A stretch of DNA of 64,000 nt from Deinococcales bacterium (GCA_031414595.1 JANNVX010000033.1:5276-69275), one strand, 5' to 3'. Positions 9,602 to 19,563 are shown, counted from the first letter of the stretch. Notes: a model not told the origin generated them from the letters alone. Numbers and translations: made by a program.

Positions 9602-10762
9602 ATGCAAAGTTTTGATGCAATTGTTATCGGGGCTGGGGCGGCGGGCAGCAGCAGTGCCTTAGCCCTAGCCAAAGGCGGTAAAAAAGTCTTGCTGCTCGAG
9701 CAGTTCAGTGTGCCGCACGAACGTGGTTCTTCGCATGGGCATTCGAGAATTTTTCGTTTTGCCTACGACGACCCAGATTATGCGCGTTTAGCGATGCGTT
9801 CCTTGGCAGCATGGCGTGAACTCGAGGCAGACACAGGGCAACGGATACTGGATTTATTTGGCGGTTTGGATGTGGGAAACAGTGGTAACGCCAGTTTAGA
9901 ACGAACTGCCCAAGCCATGATCGAGGTCGGCGCAGCCTTTGAACGTCTCGACTCGAGTACCTTAAAAGAGCGTTTCCCACAGTGGCGTGTGCCGAATGAT
10001 TGGGTTGGTTTGCACAGCCCAGACGCTGGGATTGTGATGCCGTCGCGGGGGGTGGAATTGATGGTGGCGCAAGCTCGAGTCTTGGGTGTGACCCTGCTTG
10101 AACACTGCAAAGTTTTGCAAATTGATGTGACGCAGAACATGGTCAAAACCAATCAAGGGGTTTTTGTGGCGGAACAAATTGTGATTGCCGCAGGTGCATG
10201 GTTGCCAAAACTTGTACCAGCCTTAGCCCTGAAACTCGAGGTGACTTTAGAGAGCGTGATGTATTTTGCGCCAAAAGACTTGGGCTTATTTATGCCTCAA
10301 CACTTCCCAATTTTTATTGACCACAACAGTTTGGTCTATGGTTTTCCGGTGCAGGGTTTACCGGGGGTCAAACTTGGGTATCATCAAAGTGGAGATGTCA
10401 CCAATCCCGAAACTCGAGAATTTACAGTGCCACAAACCACGATTACGCAAGCCCACAACTGGCTAGAGACACATCTGCCTAAGCAAAATTGGGCGTTGAT
10501 TCAAGCCCGAACCTGTTTATACACCAACACCCCAAGTCATGATTTTATACTTGACAATCACCCAGACTCGAGCCAAATCATGCTGGTTAGCCCGTGTTCG
10601 GGGCATGGCTTTAAGTTTGCGGCATACATTGGGCAAATCGTCGCCGATAAATTAAACGGTATTCAAAACGAATTTGATTTACCGCGTTTTAAGCTAACCA
10701 AGGCGCTGCAAAAAGGTACGGCTAAATTGTTATCTCGAGAAACTCTGCAAGGGCATATGTGA
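9602..10762 (+). CDS. solA: N-methyl-L-tryptophan/sarcosine oxidase family FAD oxidase
   Basis: GAGAAG, GSSHGHSRIFR, CLYTNTP, CSGHGFKF. Confidence 0.85.
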   Translation: MQSFDAIVIGAGAAGSSSALALAKGGKKVLLLEQFSVPHERGSSHGHSRIFRFAYDDPDYARLAMRSLAAWRELEADTGQRILDLFGGLDVGNSGNASLERTAQAMIEVGAAFERLDSSTLKERFPQWRVPNDWVGLHSPDAGIVMPSRGVELMVAQARVLGVTLLEHCKVLQIDVTQNMVKTNQGVFVAEQIVIAAGAWLPKLVPALALKLEVTLESVMYFAPKDLGLFMPQHFPIFIDHNSLVYGFPVQGLPGVKLGYHQSGDVTNPETREFTVPQTTITQAHNWLETHLPKQNWALIQARTCLYTNTPSHDFILDNHPDSSQIMLVSPCSGHGFKFAAYIGQIVADKLNGIQNEFDLPRFKLTKALQKGTAKLLSRETLQGHM

Positions 10763-11541
10763 AAGCCCGCTCAAGTCTATTTACGATTTTTGGAGAATTT
10801 GTCCATCCCAGAGGCGATTTGGTTTGGGTTGGCACAATTATTACTTGGATGGAGGCACTTGGTTTCTCCGAAGGTGCAGTTCGTGCGGCGGTTTCGCGTA
10901 GCTGCCGCACAGGTTGGCTAGAAGTTCAAAAACGTGGACGTAAATCATACTTTGCCCTAACCCCAGAAGTTCGCTGGCGGGTTCATCGGGCGGTTGGGCG
11001 CTTATACCAACCGCTCGACCGAATTTGGGATGGTCAGTGGCGGGTGCTGACCTACTCGATTCCAGAAACCGCCAAAGAAGCCCGTGATAACTTACGCAAA
11101 GAACTTTTAATTCTTGGTTTTGGGGCATTACAACCCGGCGTTTGGATTAGCCCGAATCCGCTTGTCCAAGAAGCCCTTGCCCTTGCTAAAGCGTATCATC
11201 TCGAGCAGTATGTGGATGTTTTTGAAGCAAAACATTTTGGACGCAGCAACGCTGAACTTGTCAAAGCCACATGGGATGTCCCAAGCCTCAACCAACAATT
11301 TGAGGGGTTCTTAGAACAGTTTAAGTCAAAAGCCGCCCCAGAAAACCCTAGGGCGGCTTTTGGGATGTATGTGACGATGCTCCATGCCTACCGCAAATTC
11401 TTATTCTCAGACCCAGATTTACCACTCGAGTTACAACCTCATGTTTGGCGCTCTCGAGAAGCAGCCCTGCTGTTTCGGGAACAACGCACTGCCTTTGAAC
11501 CAATGGTCACTGAATTTGTACACGAAACCTTTGTGCATTAG
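10759..11541 (+). CDS. PaaX-family transcriptional regulator
   Basis: ARSSLFTIFGE, AVRAAVSR, WDGQW, YRKFLFSDPDLP. Confidence 0.9.
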   Translation: MKARSSLFTIFGEFVHPRGDLVWVGTIITWMEALGFSEGAVRAAVSRSCRTGWLEVQKRGRKSYFALTPEVRWRVHRAVGRLYQPLDRIWDGQWRVLTYSIPETAKEARDNLRKELLILGFGALQPGVWISPNPLVQEALALAKAYHLEQYVDVFEAKHFGRSNAELVKATWDVPSLNQQFEGFLEQFKSKAAPENPRAAFGMYVTMLHAYRKFLFSDPDLPLELQPHVWRSREAALLFREQRTAFEPMVTEFVHETFVH

Positions 11542-11650
11542 ATTGGCTCTTGCCTTACAATTATGGTAAACTGATGATTCCTCGCACAACGCATCCAAAA
11601 GTTCTAAGCATTGTGGCAGCAGGAGCGGAAAATGTCCGTTTGGAGAGTTT

Positions 11651-11866
11651 ATGGCACAAGAAACAGGTACAGTCAAATGGTTCAACGCTGAAAAGGGCTT
11701 TGGTTTTATTGCTCGAGAAGGCGGAGCAGACGTGTTCGTGCATTACAGCGCGATTAGTCAAGCTGGTTTCCGCAAACTGCTTGAAGGACAAAAAGTCAAC
11801 TTTGATGTTGAAAATGGTAAAACGGGCAAAGGTCCGCAAGCCATTAACGTCAGTGTCGCACAATAA
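11651..11866 (+). CDS. Cold-shock protein
   Basis: [24 protein letters not shown]. Confidence 0.96.
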   Translation: MAQETGTVKWFNAEKGFGFIAREGGADVFVHYSAISQAGFRKLLEGQKVNFDVENGKTGKGPQAINVSVAQ

Positions 11867-11878
11867 GTCTGAATAGAG

Positions 11879-11906
11879 ATAGCTCGAGTCAAGCGGCTCG
11901 AGTTAT
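11879..11906 (+). terminator. Hairpin after the cold-shock gene, built from two CTCGAG sites
   Basis: ATAGCTCGAGTC-AAGC-GGCTCGAGTTAT followed by TCTTT. Confidence 0.55.
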
Positions 11907-11914
11907 TCTTTGTT

Positions 11915-12151
11915 ATGGACTGGACAACCAAAGAAGGCGAATTTAGCATTTGGTGCGAACTAGAAACCCCAGATACTTTGCTTTGGCTCGAGTGGAACGA
12001 ACGGGTTTTTGCTTACCGTTGTGGCGTTTCTAAAAATGGAGCAGCCGGACAATCGCACTTAGGCTACGCCGATTCGCTCGAAGATGCCCAGAGTATTGCT
12101 TTTGAATTACATCTGCAAAGCCCACAAGCGCACCCGAGCCGCGACCCGTAA
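11915..12151 (+). CDS. Small hypothetical protein
   Basis: 78-aa ORF, protein-like composition, fills the gap before the recQ end. Confidence 0.5.
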   Translation: MDWTTKEGEFSIWCELETPDTLLWLEWNERVFAYRCGVSKNGAAGQSHLGYADSLEDAQSIAFELHLQSPQAHPSRDP

Positions 12152-14656
12152 AAAACCAGCCTCAGCACTCGAGGCGAGCGTTTCGAGTTGCGTAATGTTC
12201 TTTGAAACCCGCAACACCGCCAAACGCACCCGAGGGCGAGAATCTTCAAGCATAAAATCCATCTCAAAGTCTGGGTCAAGCACTGCCAAGGCTGATACCG
12301 CCGCCGCCGCTACCGATTCTCTTGGGTCGTCTAAAAATGGTCGCAAGACGGCAAACTGCCCACCGAGTTTAGCCAGAGTTTCCAGCGCTCGAGGTAACTG
12401 CGCTTCGGGTAGGGCTGCCAAGTGTGCCTCGAGCAACGCAGGAGTAAACACTATCCCTTGAGCCGCCGCCTCGAGCAATTCGGCTGCATTTTTGAAGGAA
12501 TGTGCCATGTTTTTTTGTAGGGGAGATGTCCGAAGGACAGAGGGGTCTCGCCCTGTGACTGATAATTTTGTTTGATTTTCTGATTTGGTTACGGATGTTT
12601 TAGGTGGGGAAATAACATTTTGGGGCAAGGGCGAGGCATGCCTCGCCCCTACGGTTTTTTGATTGGGTTGATGATGTCTCGAGACAATTTCTAATAAGAC
12701 TTGACCGTACTTCTCGAGCATGACTTTACCAATGCCTTTGATGCTGGCTAGGTCGGCTAAACTTTTTGGCATGGTTTGGGCAATACTTTCTAGTACGGCA
12801 TTACTAGCGATTAAAAAAGCACTGATTCCCGAGGCTCGAGCAATTTCACGTCGCCAAGTCCAGAGGTCTTGTACCAGTGGTTCACTGGGTTCGGGTTTTT
12901 TTGTGGTGTCTCGAGTATCTGTTCGAGCCGAAGAAAAGACCAAATCTTCTTCTTTAGGAATTGCCTTTTTGACTTCTCGAGGTTCTGTTTTAACAGCGCT
13001 GACATTGCCATGCAGTATTCGCAATTCGCCTTTTTCAATCATCTCGAGCATCACATCACGAATAACTTGCCGCCCAAAGCGTTTAAGATTGCCGTGCATC
13101 GGGTGCTTGTGTAGACCTTTACTTTCTATTGCCGAACTGCTCGAGCCGACCAACAGCGCGGTCACGTCGCGTGGTTCTAAGCTGTGGCTCGAGAGGAGTT
13201 TTTGCAGCCCAGCCTTAATAGATTCTTTTTGTGTCGGACTGGCGCGTTTTTGGCTTGCCACCACTGGGCGGATACTCAGGTCGCCAATGCTCGAGTCGCA
13301 AGCATCACAGCGTTTACAGGGCGGAATTCGTTCACCAAAATGCCCAATTAAAAAAGCCCTGCGGCAGGCTCTGGTTTGGGCATAGCCGACCACTTTTTCT
13401 AAAGCCGTATCCTCGAATTTGCGCCTTCGGTACATGCTGCTAAAATCCACGGTCTTACGTGCATCCACCACCTGAAAAGCCCCACCAATAGCTTCTAGGT
13501 TGCCATTCTCGAGCAATAACTTGACCGCCACGTTTATCGGGGTGGTGTCAAAACTCATTCGGGCAGCCACATCCGAAGCGCTGCCGGGCGTATTCTCGAG
13601 ATTCTTAAGCACCGCTTGGACAACTTTTTCAGGTGGATAATTTTTCTCCATGATGCTTTTGCGGGTCATCAGGTCTTGTGGGGCATACAGCAGTGCCGCA
13701 TGAGCAGGTTCACCGTCGCGTCCCGCCCGTCCAGCTTCTTGGTAATAGGCTTCGATGGTGCTGGGCAGCGAATAATGCACCACAAGGCGCACATCGGGTT
13801 TATCCACCCCCATGCCAAAGGCAATCGTGGCACAAATGCAGTCAAGCTCACCACTTAAAAAAGCGTCTTGAACATCAGCACGGTCTTTGTCGGGCATCCC
13901 CGCGTGATATGCCCTTGTGCCGAGAATATCGGCGATTTCCTCGGTGTTTTTACGGCTTAAACAATAAACAATACAAGCCCCCGGATGTTTAGCCCGCAGT
14001 GCATGAAGCGCCTCGAGTTTGGTGGCTTTGGTCGGGGTGTAATGGCTGCTAAAGGTCAGGTTCTGACGGTCAAAACTGCCAACTTGGATAAGCGGTTCGC
14101 GCAGCAGCACCCGAGCGATTTCTTCACGGACTTTTGGTGTGGCGGTGGCAGTTAAAGCCAAACGCGGCGCACGTATACCTTCGAGTAAACTGCCTAGACT
14201 TAAATAATCTGGGCGAAAATCATGCCCCCACTGGCTAACACAATGGGCTTCGTCCACCACCACAAGACTGGCTCGCTCGAGTAAGCCACGGCTGGCACGG
14301 GCGCGTTCTGGGGCGATATAAACCAGTTTGTACTCGCCGTTACGAATTCCAGCAAAACGCTGGCTGGCTTGGAGTTCGGTCATGCCACTGGCTAAATAGG
14401 TGGCTGGAATACCTTTTTTAGTCAGGGCATCCACTTGGTCTTTCATCAGGGCAATTAACGGACTAATCACCACGGTTGTTCCCTCGAGAAGTGAGGCAGG
14501 TAATTGATAGGTTAAAGACTTGCCACCGCCAGTGGGCAGTACGGTTAGGGCATCACGTTTTTCTAAAACTGCTTCTATCGTCTCGAGTTGCAGCGTGCGA
14601 AAAGACGTGTGTCCAAAGCGTTTTAGGGCAGTAGAAATAGCGGCACTCGAAATCAC
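12107..14656 (-). CDS. recQ: RecQ-family helicase with HRDC domain, in-frame REP insertion and C-terminal HEAT-like segment
   Basis: LPTGGGKS, DEAHCVSQWGHDFRPDY, ATIAFGMGVDK, YYQEAGRAGRDG, CRR...C..CD.C Zn site, HRDC (LWTWRREIA...IKGIG). Confidence 0.92.
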   Translation of the reverse strand: MISSAAISTALKRFGHTSFRTLQLETIEAVLEKRDALTVLPTGGGKSLTYQLPASLLEGTTVVISPLIALMKDQVDALTKKGIPATYLASGMTELQASQRFAGIRNGEYKLVYIAPERARASRGLLERASLVVVDEAHCVSQWGHDFRPDYLSLGSLLEGIRAPRLALTATATPKVREEIARVLLREPLIQVGSFDRQNLTFSSHYTPTKATKLEALHALRAKHPGACIVYCLSRKNTEEIADILGTRAYHAGMPDKDRADVQDAFLSGELDCICATIAFGMGVDKPDVRLVVHYSLPSTIEAYYQEAGRAGRDGEPAHAALLYAPQDLMTRKSIMEKNYPPEKVVQAVLKNLENTPGSASDVAARMSFDTTPINVAVKLLLENGNLEAIGGAFQVVDARKTVDFSSMYRRRKFEDTALEKVVGYAQTRACRRAFLIGHFGERIPPCKRCDACDSSIGDLSIRPVVASQKRASPTQKESIKAGLQKLLSSHSLEPRDVTALLVGSSSSAIESKGLHKHPMHGNLKRFGRQVIRDVMLEMIEKGELRILHGNVSAVKTEPREVKKAIPKEEDLVFSSARTDTRDTTKKPEPSEPLVQDLWTWRREIARASGISAFLIASNAVLESIAQTMPKSLADLASIKGIGKVMLEKYGQVLLEIVSRHHQPNQKTVGARHASPLPQNVISPPKTSVTKSENQTKLSVTGRDPSVLRTSPLQKNMAHSFKNAAELLEAAAQGIVFTPALLEAHLAALPEAQLPRALETLAKLGGQFAVLRPFLDDPRESVAAAAVSALAVLDPDFEMDFMLEDSRPRVRLAVLRVSKNITQLETLASSAEAGFLRVAARVRLWALQM
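12517..12652. repeat. GTAG-REP doublet (REPIN-like) inside recQ
   Basis: GTAGGGGAGA...TCTCGCCC at left and inverted GGGCGAGGCATGCCTCGCCCCTAC at right; translates as VGARHASPL...TSPLQ. Confidence 0.8.
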
Positions 14657-14759
14657 AGTTTATATTACGTCAAAAACAGAGAAAATTGATAGGATTTTGT
14701 AGGCTCAATTCCTCATCTAGCTAGAAAGGCGCTCTCATACCCATACCCCAAACTAAAGC

Positions 14760-16010
14760 ATGAAAATAATTCAAGCTCTGCTGGTTGGACTTTTTTTCGC
14801 CTCAAAGACGCTTGCCAGCCCAGCTACAGAACTATTTCGTGAAGCCAGTTTTTACATGAGTTTTCATTATCATGGGTACTCGAGTGTCAAACCCGAAGAA
14901 CTGAGTAAAAGCCTAGGTAAGCAACTCGAGGAAGCCTGTCAGCCCAAAGGTGAGGCTTGTGGTTTTAGCGATGCCCGCCCGTACATTGAACGATTCGCCC
15001 AAGGAATGCGTGATGGTCACACCTATTATCTATCACCCAGCACCTACCGCACCACTTTAAGCCAATTTACTGGTATCAACCCTAACCCTAACCCGTTGTA
15101 TGGCATGAGTTTTGGCAACCTCAACTCGAGAAATGAAATTGCTGTGTTGGATGTCATCGCCGATGCACCCGCGTTTAAGGCTGGAATTCGCCCATTTGAC
15201 CGCATTATTGGCGCAAATGGCAAACGAGTTACTAACCTTGCCGATTTACGCAGCAGCTTAAACACCAATGCCCCTGTGCAACTCGAGATTTTACGCGGCG
15301 AAGCCACTAGCCCCGTGCGTTTTGAAACCAGTCTGCAACGCGCTCGACTCGAGAAAACCAATTTGCCATTCTTGTACCAACCACCAAATGCACCTGCGGG
15401 CGTGGTTGCCTTAAGAATCCCAACTTTTGTTGGCAGCAACGACATCGCCCCAAAAGTCCATGAATTGGTGGCGCAAGCCCAATCCCAAAATGCCAAAACC
15501 ATAATTATAGATGTTCGCAACAACGGCGGCGGCGAGGAGACCGAATGTTATGGGGCTGCCAGTGCTTTTATCGGCAAGGCGGTCAACATCAATGAAACCC
15601 GTTTGGTCAGGGTCAATGTTGGTTTTGATGGTGGAACATTTATTGGCAATGACCCTAAAGACTTAGGTCGTTACGAGATTGCTAAACCTGCCTTGTGGAC
15701 TGGCAGTGTTTCGGTGCTGGTCAATTCTGGGACTGCCAGTTGCGGCGAATTACTGGCTTACCTGATTCAATATGCCAAACGTGGCATGGTGATTGGCGAA
15801 AGTACAGTTGGTGTTTTAGACACCGCCACCGAATTCTGGCAACTTGTCGACCAAAGCGCCCTTGCGATTACCTATGTCCGCACCCTCAACCCCGATGGCA
15901 CTCGAGTACCCGAGCGCGTCACCCCAGACATCAGCGCTCGAGACGACCCCAACACGGCTTTTGAATCTGGACGCGACCCATTATTTGAACGGGCTTATAA
16001 ATTGCCATAA
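14760..16010 (+). CDS. S41-family peptidase with PDZ domain
   Basis: Signal peptide, PDZ (APAFKAGIRPFD), IIDVRNNGGG, TASCGE. Confidence 0.88.
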   Translation: MKIIQALLVGLFFASKTLASPATELFREASFYMSFHYHGYSSVKPEELSKSLGKQLEEACQPKGEACGFSDARPYIERFAQGMRDGHTYYLSPSTYRTTLSQFTGINPNPNPLYGMSFGNLNSRNEIAVLDVIADAPAFKAGIRPFDRIIGANGKRVTNLADLRSSLNTNAPVQLEILRGEATSPVRFETSLQRARLEKTNLPFLYQPPNAPAGVVALRIPTFVGSNDIAPKVHELVAQAQSQNAKTIIIDVRNNGGGEETECYGAASAFIGKAVNINETRLVRVNVGFDGGTFIGNDPKDLGRYEIAKPALWTGSVSVLVNSGTASCGELLAYLIQYAKRGMVIGESTVGVLDTATEFWQLVDQSALAITYVRTLNPDGTRVPERVTPDISARDDPNTAFESGRDPLFERAYKLP

Positions 16011-16013
16011 AAA

Positions 16014-16040
16014 AACCCAACAGCCTAGGGCTGTTGGGTT
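16014..16040. terminator. Hairpin terminator downstream of rpsT
   Basis: AACCCAACAGCC-TAG-GGCTGTTGGGTT, with an A-tract giving a U-tail on the minus strand. Confidence 0.75.
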
Positions 16041-16050
16041 GAACCAAAAC

Positions 16051-16401
16051 TTAAGCGGCTGCGGCGACAACGGCGGCTTTGGAACGGTTAATGGCTTTAG
16101 CCAAACGGCTTTTTTTACGTGCGGCGGTGCGTTTGTGCATTACACTGCCCTTGGCAGCTTTGTCAATTAAACTTTCGGCGCGTTGGGTCAGGGTAACAGC
16201 TTCGGCTGCACCTTCGGTATTGGCGACCAAGGCTTTTTTTACAAAAGTCTTGATTGTGCTTCTGACCGCACGGTTGGCGGTGCGGCGTTTAAGGCTTTGA
16301 CGGTGACGCTTTTCTTGTGCCATACCACGACGCTTAGATTTAACAACCTTGCGTTCCTTACGGGTCTTGGGCTTTTTGACTGCTGGTGCTGCTCCTGCCA
16401 T
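16051..16401 (-). CDS. rpsT: 30S ribosomal protein S20 with basic N-terminal extension
   Basis: [34 protein letters not shown]; GAAGGAG SD before ATG 16401. Confidence 0.95.
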   Translation of the reverse strand: MAGAAPAVKKPKTRKERKVVKSKRRGMAQEKRHRQSLKRRTANRAVRSTIKTFVKKALVANTEGAAEAVTLTQRAESLIDKAAKGSVMHKRTAARKKSRLAKAINRSKAAVVAAAA

Positions 16402-16568
16402 AATTACTCCTTCGCGCTTAAAAAAGCGGCGGACAAAAGATTGCCCGAAGCGAAATTTACCAAGTCTTAGCAAATCCGCACCCGAGGTGACTCGAGTACC
16501 ACAAACTGGGTTTGACCAATTTGGGCTTGGGGAGCTTAGCATAAGAATGAAGACTTGTATACTGACTT

Positions 16569-17018
16569 ATGAATTACTGGCTCTTAAAAACCGAACCTGA
16601 TGTTTTTTCCTACACCGACTTAGAACGCCTTGGCTCGAGTCCGTGGGACGGAATACGCAATTACCAAGCCCGTAATCACTTACGAAGTATGAAATTAAAT
16701 GATTTAGCCCTGATTTACCACAGCAGCACCAATCCACTCGGCATTGCTGGAATTGCCAGAATCATAGAAACTGCCCACCCAGACGAACTTCAATTTGACC
16801 CAGAAAGCCAGTATTTTGACCCCAAAAGCCCAAAAGAAAACCCACGTTGGAGTCAAGTTATTCTCGAGCCAGTGCGCCAACTGCCCTTTCTCGAGTTAAG
16901 TGTTTTACGTGCCGAACCAAAACTCGAAGGAATGCTGATTCTACGAAAAGGCAATAGGTTATCAGTCACACCAGTCGAAAAAAAGCATTACCAGCATATT
17001 TTAGCAATGGCAAAATAA
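16569..17018 (+). CDS. EVE domain protein
   Basis: YWLLKTEP, WDGIRNYQARN, RLSVTPV. Confidence 0.93.
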   Translation: MNYWLLKTEPDVFSYTDLERLGSSPWDGIRNYQARNHLRSMKLNDLALIYHSSTNPLGIAGIARIIETAHPDELQFDPESQYFDPKSPKENPRWSQVILEPVRQLPFLELSVLRAEPKLEGMLILRKGNRLSVTPVEKKHYQHILAMAK

Positions 17019-17023
17019 ACTTC

Positions 17024-17065
17024 GCCTTTTGCCTTTTGCCTTTTGCCTTTTGCCCTTTGACCTTT
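17024..17065. repeat. Tandem heptamer array (GCCTTTT)n
   Basis: GCCTTTT x4 + GCCCTTT + GACCTTT. Confidence 0.9.
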
Positions 17066-17092
17066 CCTACTTTTTCGCTTACGCTCTTAGCC

Positions 17093-17407
17093 ATGAGCCA
17101 AGCCATCTTAGAAAACCTAAGCAACAAACTTACCCCAGAAATCAAAGCCGACCTAAATGCCGTGATTGGATTAGAATTTGATGGCGTGCCGTACACCTTC
17201 GATGCCCGCAAAGAAGGGACTGGCTTACTGGATGGCGCACCTGTTATCCACGGACTGACCCCACGCATCAGCATCAAAGCCTCGAGCAGTGACTTTGCTA
17301 AAATCATGAGCGGTGAACTGAACCCAATGATGGCTGCCATGACAGGTAAACTCAAAATAGAAGGCGACATGGGCTTTGCAATGCAACTCACCAAGTTGTT
17401 CGGTTAA
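17093..17407 (+). CDS. SCP2 sterol/lipid-binding domain protein
   Basis: GELNPMMAAMTGKLKIEGDMGFAM; start at ATG 17093. Confidence 0.88.
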   Translation: MSQAILENLSNKLTPEIKADLNAVIGLEFDGVPYTFDARKEGTGLLDGAPVIHGLTPRISIKASSSDFAKIMSGELNPMMAAMTGKLKIEGDMGFAMQLTKLFG

Positions 17408-17410
17408 ACC

Positions 17411-18133
17411 ATGCTGATTTACGGACGTAATCCCGTACTCGAAGCCCTGCAAAGTGGCGCGGTGACTCGAGTCTACGCGGCTAACGGCATCGAACGCGCT
17501 TTTGCTAAAGAACTCGAGCAATTGTGCCAAACCGCCGATATTGGCTTGGAATGGCATCCACGAATCGAACTTGACCAAGCGGTTCAAACCACCCAACACC
17601 AAGGTGTGGTGGCAGAAATCGAAGAAACCCAGTGGTCAGAACTCGAGGACTGTTTTGAACTTGCCCAAACTCGAGGTGAAGAACTGCTGTTGGTACTGCT
17701 CGATGGTATTACCGACCCGCACAATTTTGGTGCAATCATCCGCAGCGCCGAGGTTCTTGGGGCGCATGGTGTGGTCGTCGAAGAACGCCGCAGCGCACCG
17801 TTAAGTCCAACCGTGGTTAAAGCCAGTGCGGGGGCAACAGCCCATTTGCCTTTGGTGCAAATCAAAAACCTACCGCGTTTAATAGATGAGTTAAAAGAAC
17901 AAAATATTTGGGTTTATGGGGCTGCCGGCGAAGCCAAAAGTACAATTGCCAAACTTGATTTTAACCGCCCAATCGCTCTGGTTATCGGTTCAGAAGGCGA
18001 TGGTTTACGCCGTTTGGTACGTGAAAAATGCGATGAGTTACTCAAAATCGAAACTCGAGGTAAAGTCCAATCCTTAAATGCCAGTGTTGCCGCCGCGATT
18101 CTGATTCACGAGATTGTCTCGAGGCGCATATGA
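17411..18133 (+). CDS. rlmB: 23S rRNA (G2251-2'-O)-methyltransferase
   Basis: IYGRNPVLEAL, HQGVVA, LDGITDPHNFGAIIRSA, SLNASVA. Confidence 0.93.
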   Translation: MLIYGRNPVLEALQSGAVTRVYAANGIERAFAKELEQLCQTADIGLEWHPRIELDQAVQTTQHQGVVAEIEETQWSELEDCFELAQTRGEELLLVLLDGITDPHNFGAIIRSAEVLGAHGVVVEERRSAPLSPTVVKASAGATAHLPLVQIKNLPRLIDELKEQNIWVYGAAGEAKSTIAKLDFNRPIALVIGSEGDGLRRLVREKCDELLKIETRGKVQSLNASVAAAILIHEIVSRRI

Positions 18134-18639
18134 AATGGTTTGAGCGCAGCTTCCCAAGTAACACGCCAGCTTGGATGTACCCAAGTCTGCTCGAGCGCTT
18201 ACGCGGCACACCCGCCCGACTCGAGGAACGTATGAAAAGCATCCCCAATTCGTATTACATTATTAAACTCGAGGATAAATGGTCAATTCAAGAAAACCTT
18301 GGGCATTTACTTGACCTCGAGCCACTTTGGAGCAACCGGATAGATGATATTTTACTCGGACACGAAACACTCCGACCGACCGACCTTGCTAATAGTGCCA
18401 CCGACCAAGCCAATCACAATGCCCAAGCAGTACAGGGTTTACTCGAGAAATTCCGTACCGCCCGAAGCGCTTTTGTTGCTAAACTCGAAGCCCTCGAGCC
18501 GACCCAATTTGATAAAACTGCACTTCACCCACGGTTAAATACACCTATGAGTATCTTGGATGTTATGTACTTTGTCGCCGAACATGACGACCATCACCTT
18601 GGGATGATGACAAGAATTCATAAAAAACTCGAGACTTAA
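18130..18639 (+). CDS. DinB-family protein
   Basis: WSIQENLGHL, HDDHH metal motif. Confidence 0.88.
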   Translation: MKWFERSFPSNTPAWMYPSLLERLRGTPARLEERMKSIPNSYYIIKLEDKWSIQENLGHLLDLEPLWSNRIDDILLGHETLRPTDLANSATDQANHNAQAVQGLLEKFRTARSAFVAKLEALEPTQFDKTALHPRLNTPMSILDVMYFVAEHDDHHLGMMTRIHKKLET

Positions 18640-18641
18640 GA

Positions 18642-19292
18642 TTACTTTGGTGCGTGACGTTTCTCGAGTTCGTGCTGCACATCGGTCAGGCTCACACCGA
18701 CCTCTGCCATGACCCACATGGTATGAAACAATAAATCGGCAGCCTCGAGGGTCAGTTCGGCTTTATCGTGGTTCTTGGCGGCAATAATCACTTCGCCGGC
18801 TTCTTCGCCAATTTTTTTAAGGATTCGGTCTAAACCTTGGGCGTGTAGTTTAGAGACATAACTGCTTTCTGTTGGGTTTTCGATGCGGTCTAGGATGGTG
18901 GCGTAAACCTCGGCGGTAATACTGCCAAAACTCGAGATTGGCGCAGTTCCCTCGAGACTATTGTGAAAACACGAGTGCTGATTTGGCTGATGGCAGGCAT
19001 CCCCGGTTTGCTCAACTGTGTACAGCACCGCATCACCGTCACAATCGAGCGTGACTGCTACAACTTTTTGCGTATGCCCAGACTCTTCGCCTTTGACCCA
19101 AAGCGCTTGGCGCGACCTCGAGAAGTATGTGCCGCGTTTGGTTAAAAGGGTCTGCTCGAGGGCTTGGCGGTTGGCGTAAGCAAGCATCAGTACACGCCCA
19201 GAAGCGGCTTCTTGGGCGATTACGGGGACTAAGCCGCTCGAGTCGAATGTGATGGAGTTGATGGAAAACGGAGCAGTAATATCTTTGGGCAT
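18642..19292 (-). CDS. hisIE: Bifunctional phosphoribosyl-AMP cyclohydrolase/ATP pyrophosphatase
   Basis: [35 protein letters not shown]. Confidence 0.95.
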   Translation of the reverse strand: MPKDITAPFSINSITFDSSGLVPVIAQEAASGRVLMLAYANRQALEQTLLTKRGTYFSRSRQALWVKGEESGHTQKVVAVTLDCDGDAVLYTVEQTGDACHQPNQHSCFHNSLEGTAPISSFGSITAEVYATILDRIENPTESSYVSKLHAQGLDRILKKIGEEAGEVIIAAKNHDKAELTLEAADLLFHTMWVMAEVGVSLTDVQHELEKRHAPK

Positions 19293-19305
19293 GGTGTACC
19301 TTTTG

Positions 19306-19561
19306 GCTCTGAGTTTGAGCTATGAACTATGAGGAGAGGGTTTAAGTTTTCTCGAGAAAGTAATATCCTTCGGCGATATTAGCGGGAATTGAACTTGCAG
19401 CCCGACGAACCTGTGATGTAAGTCCATACAGTTCTGACTTAGGGAAATCTCTTGTTATTTGATAAATTTCTAGTGTTAAATGATGTCCTTTTTGCCAAAC
19501 GATTAACTCCTGAAAATCACGCACACGACCTCCTCATAGCTCAAGACCCATAGCTCATAGC
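19306..19561. mobile_element. Four-helix-bundle cassette bounded by inverted heptamer arrays
   Basis: Left arm GCTCTGA-GTTTGA-GCTATGA-ACTATGA-GGAG (19306-19336); right arm read on minus strand GCTATGA-GCTATGG-GTCTTGA-GCTATGA-GGAGG (19529-19561). Confidence 0.55.
19342..19524 (-). pseudogene. Truncated four-helix-bundle (23S rRNA IVP/bAvd-like) protein
   Basis: FQELIVWQKG...FPKSELYGLTSQVRRAASSIPANIAEG is the family N-half; it stops at 60 aa, about half the normal length. Confidence 0.85.
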
Positions 19562-19563
19562 CT

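Noticed and set aside
16966-17394. Minus-strand ORF with KGKRQKAK repeats
   Set aside because: Antisense to the SCP2 gene plus translation of the heptamer array
19342-19524. Diversity-generating retroelement (Avd-like gene)
   Set aside because: No reverse transcriptase or TR/VR repeat pair in the window; the gene is truncated
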